A DNA stretch of 64,000 nucleotides, from the NCBI GenBank assembly GCA_963745235.1, contig CAVUXE010000003.1, positions 81,257 through 145,256 on the forward strand, in the 5' to 3' direction. Shown in pieces: positions 50,451 through 63,118 of this stretch. The notes beneath the pieces are model-generated. The model was not told the origin of the DNA. It did not search any database and worked only from the letters and a program-made list of their open reading frames with translations. The stretch is from an uncultured Spirochaetota bacterium. GTDB lineage: Bacteria; Spirochaetota; Spirochaetia; SZUA-6; Fen-1364. How positions within the stretch are numbered: the stretch's first letter is position 1; every line of letters starts with the position of its first letter. The position numbers were made by a program, and so were the translations under genes.

Positions 50451-50549
50451 GAGTGAGTCGATGCGGAATTATACCCGGCAGGCGCAGCCGCTCTCAAGTG
50501 CCTTCTTGACACTGGGGCTGCCGACGTCACACCTTGCTCTCACGCGGGA

Positions 50550-51830
50550 ATGAAATCAGTCGAGCGGCGCAACTTCCTTTCTCTCTTCGGTGACTTCACA
50601 TTCTTCGGGGCCGGCTCGAGCTTTGCCAGCCAGGCAACCGTCCTGCCTACCTTCATTGCCACGCTGACTTCCTCAGCGCCCGTGATCGGCCTCTCTTCCA
50701 CCGTGGCAAGCGGCGTGTGGCTGCTGCCCCAGCTCTTCGCGGCCAACGCCATCGCGGGAGCTCCCCGGCGAAAGCCCGCGGTCCTCTGGCCGGCTGCCTT
50801 TGGCCGCCTCGTGTCCCTTGCCATTGGTCCGTTCGTGCTGGCCCTTGCGGGACGGCCCGTGGCGGCGCTGTGGGTTTTCTTCATTCTCTACGGCCTGTTC
50901 TGGCTGCTGGACGGGGTGGCAAGCATCGCGTGGCTTGACCTGCTGGGCAAGGTCCTCACGCATCGCTCCCGAGCCAGGCTCATCGGCCTTTCCCAGGCGG
51001 CGCAGGGGCTGGCGGGAATCGGAGCCGGTGCCCTGGTGGGAATCATCCTTTCCTCCAGCGCGCTCCCAGGGCCAAAAGGCTACGCCCTGCTCCTTTTCCT
51101 GTGCGGAGTCTGCTACACGCTTTCCTACATCTGCTTCTTTTTCCTGCGGGAAGAGCCGGACGCGCAGGTGGGGAGGCCGCTCCCCTGGCCTGCCTACTTT
51201 CGAAGCCTCCGGCAGATCGTCCGCTCGGACGCCGCCTTTCGCAGGGCACTCGGCGTCTGCCTCCTCTTCACCATCACCGGTTGCGCCACTCCTTTCTATA
51301 TAATCCACGGCCTGGAGAATCTTCATTTTCCCGAGGTCAGCGTCGGGATCTTTACCGGAGCGCAGGTCATAGGCGGGATCGTCTCCGCGCTGGTCATGGG
51401 CAGGATGGGGGAAACCCGGGGCACGCGGTCAGTCATGAGACTGTGGGGTGCTGTCTGCGTGTGCACGCCGGTGGTGGCATGGGTGCTTCCCAGCCTCGGT
51501 GGCCCGCTGGGATCAGCCGGCCTCCTGTATGCCTACGGCCTGGTGTTCGTTCTTGTCGGGGCCCAGGGCAACTCCGTCATGGCGGGCTTCATAAACTACG
51601 TGATCGAGCTGGCTCCGTCTTCCCGACGCACCGTGTACATCGGCTGCGCGAACACTCTTGCAAGCCTTTCGGTCTTCGCGCCGCTCCTTGGCGGATGGAT
51701 GCTCTCCGCCGGCGCCTCATGGCCCGCCCTTTTTGCCGTTGCGGCGGCGGGGCCCCTCGTGGGACTGGCGTTCTCCCTGCGGATCGTGGAGCCGCGCCAC
51801 CGGGCGCTTGGAGCGCTTGCCGCGCAATGA
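50550..51830 (+). CDS. MFS transporter
   Basis: ~12 TMs; WLLPQLF; GRMGETRGTR motif-A-like loop. Confidence 0.88.
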   Translation: MKSVERRNFLSLFGDFTFFGAGSSFASQATVLPTFIATLTSSAPVIGLSSTVASGVWLLPQLFAANAIAGAPRRKPAVLWPAAFGRLVSLAIGPFVLALAGRPVAALWVFFILYGLFWLLDGVASIAWLDLLGKVLTHRSRARLIGLSQAAQGLAGIGAGALVGIILSSSALPGPKGYALLLFLCGVCYTLSYICFFFLREEPDAQVGRPLPWPAYFRSLRQIVRSDAAFRRALGVCLLFTITGCATPFYIIHGLENLHFPEVSVGIFTGAQVIGGIVSALVMGRMGETRGTRSVMRLWGAVCVCTPVVAWVLPSLGGPLGSAGLLYAYGLVFVLVGAQGNSVMAGFINYVIELAPSSRRTVYIGCANTLASLSVFAPLLGGWMLSAGASWPALFAVAAAGPLVGLAFSLRIVEPRHRALGALAAQ

Positions 51831-52791
51831 GCGAACACCCCTGCCGCCAACCGTTGAAGACATCAGGACCGCCGTGCGGCGCATCGCGCCCCACGCGCAC
51901 CGCACCCCCCTCCTCACCAGCAGGACCATGGACGGGATGACGGGCGCCGCGATCTTCTTCAAATGCGAGAACCTCCAGAGAGTGGGCGCGTTCAAGTTCC
52001 GCGGCGCGTTGAACGCGGTCTTTTCCCTCGACGACGAGGCGGCGCGGCGCGGAGTGGCCACGCACTCCTCGGGCAACCACGCGCAGGCCCTGGCGCTGGC
52101 GGCGCGGCTGCGCGGGATCAGGCGTGCATCGTCATGCCGCGGGATGCCCCGAAGGTGAAGGTGGAGGCGGTCCGCGGGTACGGGGCGCGCATCGTTTTCT
52201 CGGGCAATGCGCCCGAGGACAGGGAGCGCACGCTGAAGGAGGTGGTGGAAGAAAGCGGCGCGGAGTTCGTCCATCCCTCGGATGATCTGCGCGTCATTGC
52301 CGGGCAGGGAACCTGCGCGGTGGAAGTGATGGAGGAGGTCCCGGAGCTGGACATGGTCGTCGCTCCGGTGGGCGGAGGCGGGCTCCTGAGCGGCACCGCA
52401 ATTGCCGCCCGCGCCGCTCTCACCGCGCACGCGGGTCGATCGGCGCCGAGCCTGCCGCGGCTGATGACGCGTACAGGTCGTTCACACCGGGGCCCTGCAC
52501 CCGTCGGGAAATCCACGCACCGTAGCGGACGGGCTTCGCACCTCTCTTGGTCCCAACACGTTCCCCATTGTGCGCGCCCGCGTGGCCCAGATCGTTACCG
52601 CCAGCGAAGAGGCCATTATCAGCGCAATGCGGCTCATCTGGGAGAGAATGAAGATCGTGGTGGAGCCGTCTGCCGCTGTCCCCCTGGCCGCCATCCTGGA
52701 GGGAAGGCTGGAGGTGCGGGGATCGCGAACGGCCGTCATCCTGTCCGGCGGCAACGTGGATCTCGACACCCTGCCCTGGCTCGCTCGCTGA
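51827..52791 (+). CDS. PLP-dependent serine/threonine dehydratase or serine racemase (several frameshifts)
   Basis: FKCENLQRVGAFKFRGA, SSGNHAQ, PVGGGGLLSG, EPSAA, LSGGN. Confidence 0.88.
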
Positions 52792-52802
52792 AGCAAGGCG
52801 CC

Positions 52803-53312
52803 ATGAGCGTCCTCGAGCCGGACAGCTCCCTCCAGCTTCCCAGCGTCACGGTGCTCAGGGCCTCTGCCGGCTCGGGCAAGACCCGAACGCTGACCGAGCG
52901 GTACGTCCAATTCCTCCTTTCCCCGCTGGTCCCGAACAACGGCCTTTCCAACATCCTGGCAATCACTTTCTCGAACAACGCCTCCCGGGAGATGAGAGAG
53001 AACGTCCTGCTCTGGCTCAAATCGTTGTATTTCCGTGATCCGAAACCGCATGGCTGAAATCAGCAGCATCACGACGGGCAGCGAAGGGGAAATAGCGCGC
53101 AGGGCCGGCGAGATGGTGGAGGAAATCCTGGACCAGTATTCGGACTTCCAGGTGAGGACCATCGACAGCTTCATGTCCACCGTCTTTCGCGCGTCGGCCG
53201 TCGAGCTCGGGGCTGCCGCCGGATTTCCGAGATCGTGCTGGACCCTGCCCCGCTCCTGGAATACGCCTTCGACCAGTTCCTTCGCGACGCGCGCCAGGGA
53301 AACCGGGCCGCG
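52803..53312 (+). CDS. AddA/RecB/UvrD-family helicase, N-terminal fragment cut by the inversion junction
   Basis: RASAGSGKT, ILAITFSNNASREM, VRTIDSF; frame breaks ~53040 and ~53220. Confidence 0.8.
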
Positions 53313-53615
53313 GCGCTATTTCCCTTCGCTGCCCGTCGTGATGCTGCTGATTTCAGCCATGCGGGTTCGATCACGGAAATACAACGATTTGAGCCAGAGC
53401 AGGACGTTCTCTCTCATCTCCCGGGAGGCGTTGTTCGAGAAAGTGATTGCCGGGAGTTGGAAAGGCCGTGTTCGGGACCAGCGGGGAAAGGAGGAATTGG
53501 ACGTACCGCTCGGTCAGCGTTCGGGTCTTGCCCGAGCCGGCAGAGGCCCTGAGCACCGTGACGCTGGGAAGCTGGAGGGAGCTGTCCGGCTAGAGGACGC
53601 TCATGGCGCCTTGCT

Positions 53616-54585
53616 TCAGCGAGCGAGCCAGGGCAGGGTGTCGAGATCCACGTTGCCCGGCCCAGGACCGGATGACGGCCGTTCGCGATCCCCACACCTC
53701 CAGCCTTCCCTCCAGGATGGCGGCCAGGGGGACAGCGGCAGACGGCTCCACCCACGATCTTCATTCTCTCCCAGATGAGCTTCATTGCGCTGATAATGGC
53801 CTCTTCGCTGGTGGTAACGATCTGGGCCACGCGGGAGCGCACAATGGGGAACGTGTTGGGACCAAGAGAGGTGCGAAGCCCGTCCGCTACGGTGCGTGGA
53901 TTTCCCGACGGGTGCAGGACCCCGGAAGTGAACGACCTGTACGCGTCATCAGCCGCGGCCGGCTCGCGCCAACGACCCGCGTGCTCGGTGAGAGCGCCCG
54001 GACGGCAATTGCGGTGCCGCTCAGGAGCCCTCCTCCGCCGACCGGAGCGACCACCATGTCCAGCTCCGGGACTTCCTCCATCACTTCCACCGCGCAGGTT
54101 CCCTGCCCCGCAATGACGCGAAGATCATCCGAGGGATGGATGAAGACCGCGCCGCTTTCTTCCACCACCTCCTTCAGAGTGCGCTCCCTGTCCCCGGGCG
54201 CGTTGCCCGAGAAAACGATCCTGGCGCCGTACCCGCGGACTGCCTCCACCTTCACCTTCGGGGCATCCCGCGGCATGACGATGCACGCCTGTATCCCGCG
54301 GAGCCGCGCCGCGAGCGCGAGGGCCTGCGCGTGGTTGCCGGAGGAGTGCGTGGCCACTCCGCGCCGTGCCGCCTCGTCGTCGAGGGAAAAGACCGCGTTC
54401 AACGCGCCGCGAAACTTGAACGCGCCCATTCTCTGGAGGTTCTCGCATTTGAAGAAGATGGCGGCGCCGGTGAGCCCGTCCATGGTCCTGCTGGTGAGGA
54501 CCGGAGTGCGGTGCGCGTGGGGCGCGATGCGCCGCACGGCGGTCCTGATGTCTTCAATGGTTGGCGGCAGGGGTGCTTCGCTCAT
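53616..54585 (-). CDS. inverted copy of the Ser/Thr dehydratase (frameshifted)
   Basis: FKCENLQRMGAFKFRGA. Confidence 0.6.
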
Positions 54586-55861
54586 TGCGCGGCAAGCGCT
54601 CCAAGCGCCCGGTGGCGCGGCTCCACGATCCGCAGGGAGAACGCCAGTCCCACGAGGGGCCCCGCCGCCGCAACGGCAAAAAGGGCGGGCCATGAGGCGC
54701 CGGCGGAGAGCATCCATCCGCCAAGGAGCGGCGCGAAGACCGAAAGGCTTGCAAGAGTGTTCGCGCAGCCGATGTACACGGTGCGTCGGGAAGACGGAGC
54801 CAGCTCGATCACGTAGTTTATGAAGCCCGCCATGACGGAGTTGCCCTGGGCCCCGACAAGAACGAACACCAGGCCGTAGGCATACAGGAGGCCGGCTGAT
54901 CCCAGCGGGCCACCGAGGCTGGGAAGCACCCATGCCACCACCGGCGTGCACACGCAGACAGCACCCCACAGTCTCATGACTGACCGCGTGCCCCGGGTCT
55001 CCCCCATCCTGCCCATGACCAGCGCGGAGACGATCCCGCCTATGACCTGCGCTCCGGTAAAGATCCCGACGCTGACCTCGGGAAAATGAAGATTCTCCAG
55101 GCCGTGGATTATATAGAAAGGAGTGGCGCAACCGGTGATGGTGAAGAGGAGGCAGACGCCGAGTGCCCTGCGAAAGGCGGCGTCCGAGCGGACGATCTGC
55201 CGGAGGCTTCGAAAGTAGGCAGGCCAGGGGAGCGGCCTCCCCACCTGCGCGTCCGGCTCTTCCCGCAGGAAAAAGAAGCAGATGTAGGAAAGCGTGTAGC
55301 AGACTCCGCACAGGAAAAGGAGCAGGGCGTAGCCTTTTGGCCCTGGGAGCGCGCTGGAGGAAAGGATGATTCCCACCAGGGCACCGGCTCCGATTCCCGC
55401 CAGCCCCTGCGCCGCCTGGGAAAGGCCGATGAGCCTGGCTCGGGAGCGATGCGTGAGGACCTTGCCCAGCAGGTCAAGCCACGCGATGCTTGCCACCCCG
55501 TCCAGCAGCCAGAACAGGCCGTAGAGAATGAAGAAAACCCACAGCGCCGCCACGGGCCGTCCCGCAAGGGCCAGCACGAACGGACCAATGGCAAGGGACA
55601 AGAGGCGGCCAAAGGCGGCCGGCCAGAGGACCGCGGGCTTTCGCCGGGGAACTCCCGCGATGGCGTTGGCCGCGAAGAGCTGGGGCAGCAGCCACACGCC
55701 GCTTGCCACGGTGGAAGAGAGGCCGATCACGGGCGCTGAGGAAGTCAGCGTGGCAATGAAGGTTGGCAGGACGGTTGCCTGGCTGGCGAAGCTGAGCCGG
55801 CCCCGAAAAATGTGAAGTCCCCGAAGAGAGAAAGGAAGTTTCGCCGTTCGACTGATTTCAT
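54582..55861 (-). CDS. inverted copy of the MFS transporter (frameshift near 5' end)
   Basis: Near-identical to 50550-51830. Confidence 0.65.
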
Positions 55862-55957
55862 TCCCCGCGTGAGAGCAAGGTGTGACGCCGGACCCCGAGT
55901 GTCAAGAAGGCACTTGAGGGCGGCTGGCTCCCGGTATAATTCCGTATCGACTCACTC

Positions 55958-56866
55958 ATGCCCGCAATCCTTCTCATTCTCCTGTGCGCGGCCATCACGG
56001 TGATCGTCGTGCTCGTCCGTCCGGGCTCGCCTCTCTCTCCCGTTAGCTCGCGCGCGCCCGCAGCGACTGCCGCGAGAACGAGGAGAAGCTGGGGGAGCTG
56101 TCCGAGCTGGCCCGCCGGCAGGAGGAGCAGCTGGAGCATTCCACGCGGCTCGCCGAGCTGGGGGAGATGGCCGCCTGCCATCTCCCACGAGCTGAACCAG
56201 CCCCTCACCGGCATCAGGAACTACGCGCGCAACGCCTTCTACATGATCGACCAGAAGGCCGGCGGCGAGGAGGAGGTGAAGAACAACCTGCGCCTGATCT
56301 CCGAGCAGGTGGACCGGGCCGCGAAGATCATCAACCAGATGCGCGAGCTCACGCGCAGGTCGGACAGCGTCTTCGTCCTCCTGGAGCTGAACAGCGTGAT
56401 CCGCGAGAGCGTGGAGTTCCTGCTGCCGCAGATGAGGCTCTCCGAGGTGACGGTGAGCCTCGAGCTGGCGGACGACCTGCCGCCCATCTGGGGGGACAGG
56501 ATCCGCCTGGCGCAGGTGTTCCTCAACCTGCTCTCCAACGCGCGCCAGGCCATGGACGGCGCGGCCGTCCGGCGCCTCAGCGTCACGAGCCGGCGAGACG
56601 GAACACGCCGACGCTGCCCGTGGTGGTGGAGGTGAGCGACACGGGCAAGGGCTTCACGCGAGGAGCAGGCGCGGAGGCTCTTCCAGCCCTTCTACACGAC
56701 GCGCAAGGGCGGCCACGGCCTGGGCCTTTCCATCTCCCGCGCCATCATCCAGGACCACAAGGGCGCGATCGAGGCCGCCGGGCGCCCCGGGAGCGGGTGC
56801 GACGTTCACGCATCCGGCTGCCCGCGCGCGCAGCGCGGAACGCGACTGGCAGGGGCGGAAACGTGA
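55958..56866 (+). CDS. diverged inverted copy of the DctB-like kinase (frameshifted)
   Basis: ISHELNQPLTGIRNY; many substitutions versus the left arm. Confidence 0.6.
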
Positions 56867-58269
56867 TGGCGAGGAGACGAGCGGAGAGGCGCGACGATCG
56901 TCGTGATCGACGACGACGAGGCGGCCCGGCACTCCATCGGCCAGATGCTGGGGCTGCGCGGGTGGGCGGTGGAGGTCTTCTCCTCCGCGGAGGCGGCCCT
57001 GGCGTGGCCCGGGCCTGCCGGAGGCCATGTGCATCGTCACCGACGTGAAGATGCCGGGCATGGACGGGGAGGAGTTCCTGGCGCACGTCACGGCCATGCC
57101 CGCGGCGCCGCCGGTGGTGATGATCACGGGCCACGGCGACATCGCCATGGCCGTGCGCTGCCTGAAGGCGGGCGCCTTCGACTTCGCCGAGAAGCCGTTC
57201 GACGACGACGTGCTCCTGGCCTACGTGGCCAAGGCGGTGGAGCAGACGCGGCTGGTGCGCGAGGCGCGCGACCTGCGCCGCCGGCTGACCCTGTTCTCCC
57301 CCGGGGAGGACGGCAGGTTCGGCATGATCGGCCGGAGCCGGGCCATGCAGGACGTGTACGCCCAGGTGGAGGCGGCGGCGCGCTCGGATGCGCCGGTGCT
57401 CATCCCGGGGAGACGGGCGTGGGCAAGGAGCTGGTGGCCCGGGCCATCCACGCGCAGAGCCGCCGGTCGCAGCGGGCCCGTTCGTGCCGGTGAACGCGGG
57501 CGCGCTGCCCGAGACGATGCTGGAAAGCGAGCTCTTCGGCCACGCCCGGGGCGCCTTCACCGGCGCGCTGGGCGAGCGGGAGGGCAAGCTGGTGGCCGCC
57601 TCCGGCGGGCACGCTCCTCCTGGACGAGATCGAGACGATCTCCCCGCGCGCCCAGGTGCAGCTCCTGCGCGTGCTGGACGACGGGGTGGTGGAGCCCCTG
57701 GGCAGCGACCGGCCGCGCAAGGTGGACATCCGGCTCGTCTGCGCCTCCAACGTGGACCTCTCGGAGGAGGTGCGCCGCGGCGCCATCCGGGAGGACTTCT
57801 ACCACCGCATCATGGTGCTCAGCATCCGCGTGCCGCCGCTGCGGGAGCGCACGGAGGACATCCCGCTCCTGGTCGTCCCATTTCCTCAAGCTGGCCGCGG
57901 ACAGGAACGGCATCCCCGTGCCCGCGGTGCCGGAAGAGACCCTTGCCGAGATGATGCGCCACCCCTGGCCCGGGCAACGTGCGCGAGCTGAAGAACGCGG
58001 TGGAGCGCTGGTCATCACCTCCCGGGACGGGACGGCGGGAGGCTTCACCCCGGATATGCTCTGCGATGCCGGAAGGCTCCTCTCCCTCCCCCCGGGCGCG
58101 GGCCGCCTGCGCGACGAGATGGAGAAGGTGGAGAAGCGGTGATCGAGGCGGCGCTGAGGGAACGCAGGGGGAGATCAACGCCACCTGGCAGGCGCTGGGG
58201 ATTTCCCGCCGCGCGCTCTACGAGCGGATGAAGAAGTACGGCCTGGACAGGGAGAGCTACAGGGGCTGA
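56866..58269 (+). CDS. diverged inverted copy of the sigma-54 response regulator (frameshifted)
   Basis: [15 protein letters not shown]; [15 protein letters not shown]. Confidence 0.6.
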
Positions 58270-58319
58270 AAAAGCGGGCCCCGGATGGTACGCTGGTGCA
58301 GCGGGAGGCGTCGAGCCAC

Positions 58320-60042
58320 ATGGACCGCGCCCGGATCCTCGTCGTTGAAACCAAGAAACTGTCCAATCGCTATCAAGGACTGCCTGGAAAACAGGACTAC
58401 GAGGTCCGGACGTCTTACCACCGGTGAGGAGGCCGCGGAAAAATCCGTCACCCTGGCGGCGGACCTGGTCCTCATCTGGCGCGCACCTTTCGGGCGCGAT
58501 GAGCGGGACGGATGCCGCGCGTCTGATCAGGGATTCCACCGGCGTACCCGCGGTCCATCTGAGCTCCCTCTCCGACACTCCCACAGAGCCCTTCGGGTTC
58601 GTTCTCAAGCCCATCGAAGAAAGGTCGCTGGAAGCGACGGTGAAGATGGCGCTCAGCCGGTCCCGGGAGCAGAAGAGAGCAGGGGCCCGGAGCGCCGCGT
58701 CGAGGTGCGGATCTCCGACGATCGCATGACCGCGGTCCCAGCTTCTCTGCCCCGGCCGCGGGCGCGGGGCGGATCGAGCTTGATGAAGTGCGCGATCTTC
58801 TGACGGCAAAAGGCGTGCGTTTCGGAATCGACTGGGACCTGGTCAATTCTTCGATCCTTTCCTGCAACACGTCGCGCACGGCGCTCGTCGACAAGAGATA
58901 GCGCACGGCCAGAAGCCTTCGAACGAGGTCGACCGTCACCTGGACGTCGAGCCCTCGCTGCTCACGAAGGCGGCCCCCGAGAGCTCGGAGACGAGGGCAA
59001 TCGATTTCAAGGCGCTCAGCCCCTTCCAGCTCGTCAAGAAAGGCGACATCCTTGCGCGGGTATCTCCCCGCACGGAGGGCGCAGCCGGTGTCGACGTCAC
59101 AGGGGCCGCCGTCGCCTACGGCCGGACCGCGTGCGCGACGCTTCGACCGGGCAAGAACACCCTGGCTCAGGGCGACTCGGTAGTGGCCGGGTGTGACGGG
59201 AAGTTCGTGCTGGGTGAGGATTCCTTCTGGGTAAGCGAGGTGCTGGAGATCTCCGGCGACGTGGACTATTCAACGGGGCACATCGACTTCCCCGGCGACG
59301 TCATCGTGCGGGGCCAGATAAAGCAGGGCTTCAATGTGAAGGCGGGAGGGTCCCTCACGTGCGCCAGGACCATCGACGCCTCGGAGATTTCCTGCGGCGG
59401 CGACCTGGAGACGGACCAGGGAATCCTGGGAAGGCCGGGCAGCATTGTGAAGGTTGGCGGACGGGTCCGCGCCAAGTTCATAGAGAACTGCTCCGTTAAG
59501 GCCGGGGGGGATGGCTCTTGACCACCGGTTGCCTCAATTCAGCCATCAAGGCCCTCGGTGCGGTCTGCACGGGGCCGAAGGGCGTGATCATCGGCGGCAG
59601 GATCGATGCGGTCAAAGGAGTCACCGCCTTCCAGATCGGAAGCCCCGCGGGCGTTCGAACCGAGATCTGCTGCGGTGAAGACTTCCCGGGTTCAGCAGAA
59701 GCTTGCCTGGATCAAGGACAAGAACGCGGAGCTCGGCCTCGCGCTCAAGGACGTGGAGGCCAGGCTTGCCGCTCGGGGGCAGGGGGACCCGCACCTTCTC
59801 CAGGCTCGTGACAATCTGAAGACCGCAATGCACAAGATGAGCGATTCCGCGAAAGGCCTTGCTGCCTTGCTGGACAAGAACAAGGAATCCACTGTCGCGG
59901 CGGCTCGGGGAGATCCACCGTGGCGTGCTCGTGGAGAATCTGCCATGTGCCTTTCGCGGTTGCCCAGTCGATGAGCGGAGTACGCCTGGTCCTGGACAGG
60001 ACTTCCAACGTGATAACCCCGCAGCGTCTGGGCAGAGCTTGA
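58320..60042 (+). CDS. inverted copy of REC-FapA (frameshifted)
   Basis: GDVDYSTGHIDFPGDV. Confidence 0.6.
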
Positions 60043-60177
60043 TTCCAGCCGCGCGCGTGTGACCCTGTCCCCCGGGGCGGCCACGCCGGACGCCGCCTTT
60101 TTCATCCAGGTGCGGCGAACCTTGCTATGGGCCCCCTTTTCCGCGATGATACTGGAGAGAGGGGAAGAGGAGTCACA

Positions 60178-60972
60178 ATGCCTGAGTACGCGTCAATCGC
60201 TGATTCGAGCAAGCCCAACGCCGGCCGGATGTACGACTTCATGCTGGGAGGAAACCACAATTTCGACGTGGACAGACAGGCGACCCAGCAAGTCCTCAAG
60301 CAGGCACCTTTTCTCCCGAAAGTTCTCCGGCTCATCCGCTGGTTCCTTGGCGAGGCGGTGAGACGGCTCGCGGCGGATGGATACACCCAGTTCATCGATT
60401 TTGCCTCGGGACTGCCGACAATCGATCACATCCACCAGATCACCCCGGCGGGCACGAAGGTCATCTATTCCGACATCGACCCCGTCACCGTCGCGTACGG
60501 GCAGGAAATACTGAAGGACAACCCCAACGCACGCTACGTCGCCTGCAACGTGGGCACGCCGGAGGATCTCCTGGGCGCGCCCGTGGTCACGGAGTTTTTC
60601 GGAACCAGCCGAAGGATCGCGTTCGGCATCAACGGAGTCGCGTTTTTTCTGAGTGACGATGCCATCGGCCATGCAATGAAAGCCCTCTACGACTGGGCGG
60701 ATGCGGGTTCCCGGCTCTTCCTCTGCGACATGTGCCTGCAGGGAGAGGCCATATCACCCACGCTGCAGGAGATCTTCAACATCTACAAGGGGCTCGGCCA
60801 ACCCATGAGGTTCCGACCCCTGGATACTCTCCAGCAGCTGATACGGCCATGGAGAGTGAGGGAGCCCGGCTTCCTGCCCCTGGAAGAGTGGATCGGCATG
60901 AAGACGGCCGTTGAGGAAGAAACGATGAAACAGGACTCCGTGACCATGCAGGGCGTCATTCTGGAAAAATGA
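60178..60972 (+). CDS. inverted copy of the SAM-dependent methyltransferase
   Basis: Translation identical to 45455-46249. Confidence 0.7.
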   Translation: MPEYASIADSSKPNAGRMYDFMLGGNHNFDVDRQATQQVLKQAPFLPKVLRLIRWFLGEAVRRLAADGYTQFIDFASGLPTIDHIHQITPAGTKVIYSDIDPVTVAYGQEILKDNPNARYVACNVGTPEDLLGAPVVTEFFGTSRRIAFGINGVAFFLSDDAIGHAMKALYDWADAGSRLFLCDMCLQGEAISPTLQEIFNIYKGLGQPMRFRPLDTLQQLIRPWRVREPGFLPLEEWIGMKTAVEEETMKQDSVTMQGVILEK

Positions 60973-62866
60973 CCGAGTCCGCTCTGAAGACTCTTGGGGA
61001 TGCACTCGGCTCGAGCCTGCGTGAATCGGCGTTCGAGAACCGGTATTCCCTGCATCCGCGCCGTCTTCTGGAGATCGGACAGGAGCTTGCGGGCTCTTTC
61101 CTCGGGTTCATCGAAAAGGACCCGGCTGCCGACCCGTCCGGGGTCGGCCAGAAGCTTGCCAGGGAGGGACTGGGCGAAAGAACGACTCCATATTTCTCAG
61201 TACGCGTGATGGAATCAGGAATCGCTCACGGCCTCCTGATGCCTTCATTGAGGCGCTTCTTGCAGGTTTCGTCATGGTCCGCGAGTAGCAGATTCTCACG
61301 ACCAGGAACAGCTTCGTCACGCGCTTTCCGCCGCGCTGGAAAGCCAGAGCCAGGAGCTCCTGATCAAGAACCACGCCATCGCGGCCTCGATCAACGGGAT
61401 CATCCTCGCCGACCTCGACGGCAAGGTACGTGGGTGAACTCCGCCTTCCTGCAGATGTGGGGCTACGCGTCCGCCGCCGAGGCGATCGGCGTCACATGGG
61501 AGACTCTGGGTCGGGGGGAAGCTCGCAACATCGTGGAGCTCCTTCCCCGCTCGGGTGGGTGGCGAGGGGAGCTGGTGGCCCGGCGCAAGGACGGCGGCGT
61601 GTTCAGCGTGGAGCTGTCCGCTTCCCTGGTCAGAAACGAGGAAAGCAGGGCCATTGGCCTCATGTCCTCCGTCGTCGACATCACCGAGCGCAAGAGACTC
61701 CAGGCACAGATCCTCCAGGCCCAGAAGATGGACGCCCTGGGAATGCTCGCCGGGGGGATCGCCCACGACTTCAACAACCTCCTCACCGCCATCAGCGGCT
61801 ACATGCAGCTTCTCCTGATCGACGCGCCGCGGGACACCGGATGTACGAGGACCTGATCCAGGTCAGGGCCGCCGTGGACCGGGGCGCCGCGCTGACCCGC
61901 AGCTTCGCTCTTCACCCGGCAGCCACCGGGACGCGCCAGACCGTCTCGTTGAACAACATCGCCCGTGAGACGTGGCAGCTCATCAAGAGGACCTTTCCGC
62001 CAAAGATCGCCATCGAGCTGTCTTTCTCTCCCGACGCCGTGAATATCGAGGCGGATCCCAACCAGATGAGCCAGGTGCTCGTCAATCTTTGCCTGAACGC
62101 CCGGGATGCAATGATGGAGCGGGCGGAAGGAATTGCCGGGGGGCACACTCACCATCGGGACGTCCGTGGTGGAGCTGACGGAGAAAGAGGCGGCAAAATA
62201 CGTGAGCGGGCGGCCGGGAAAGTACGTCGTGCTGTCGGTTCGGGACACGGGCGTCGGAATGCCGCCGGAGATGCTCGAGAGACTGTTCATCCCCTTTGTC
62301 ACCACGAAGGCGGCGCGCAGCGGCACGGGGCTGGGGCTCGCCGTGGTCTACGGAATCGTCGCGAGCCACCATGGGTTCATCGAGGTGACAAGCGTTCCGG
62401 GAAAGGGCTCGACGTTCGAGCTGTTCCTGCCGCTGAGCGAGCGCAGCGAACAGACGGAGGGATCCCCGCAGGGAGCTCAGAGCAGGGCCTCTCCCGCGGC
62501 CATGGCACCATCCTCGTTGTCGACGATGATCCCCAGGTGCGGCAGGTGATCACACGGATGCTGGAAAGCTGCGGGTACGCGGTGGTTACCGCCAGGGACG
62601 GCAGGGAAGGCCTGGCGATTGGGAATGGCATCGGGATCGACCTGGTGGTGCTGGACCTGGTGATGCCGGGCATGGGCGGGAAGGAGTGCCTGCGGCTTCT
62701 CAGGGAAGCCAGTCCCCAGGCGCGCGTGCTCATCACGACTGGCCATGTCATCGACAGCTCCGCCCAGGAGCTCCTTCGCGAGGGCGCACTTGGCCTTGTA
62801 GAAAAGCCCCACAGCCTTCAGGCCCTCATTTCCGCTGTTCAGAACGCCCTCGGCAGAGCAGACTAG
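60969..62866 (+). CDS. inverted copy of the PAS hybrid kinase (frameshifted)
   Basis: AGGIAHDFNNLL; identical C-terminal receiver end. Confidence 0.6.
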
Positions 62867-63062
62867 TCGACGCGCCCGGGTGTGATAAGTCGCCCATGTG
62901 CAAGATATGCCCACAAACGATGCCTGAGGACGTTTAGCCCTTTTTGAATGCCGGAATTCCCCCTGAAGCCTGACGATCACATCTCATTACAGCGGAAAGA
63001 CTTGATCCCATTGTGATATTTCGATCTCGAAGCCCGCCAAATGATCGAGACTGAATTCACGA

Positions 63063-63079
63063 TTGGCACAACGCTTGCA
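63063..63079 (+). promoter_or_regulatory. copy of the sigma-54 promoter
   Basis: TTGGCACAACGCTTGCA. Confidence 0.7.
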
Positions 63080-63118
63080 ATATATCGAAGCGATCCTGTC
63101 GAATTGGATCAAGGCTTC

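Larger units (their letters stand above)
42411..53098. repeat. left arm of a >=10.7 kb inverted duplication
   Basis: Reverse complement of 53313-64000; window end matches 42411-42430. Confidence 0.95.

Noticed and set aside
2932-52791. Mass pseudogenisation or programmed frameshifting (pspA, murA, ABC genes, hydA, hydB, activator and others)
   Set aside because: Breaks are single-base indels, often in short homopolymer or GC runs, hit essential genes and differ between the mirror arms; this fits long-read error.
53099-53312. Hairpin telomere of a linear spirochaete replicon
   Set aside because: The centre is a GC-rich, asymmetric ~215 bp piece of helicase coding sequence, not a perfect AT-rich palindrome, and no telomere resolvase is visible.
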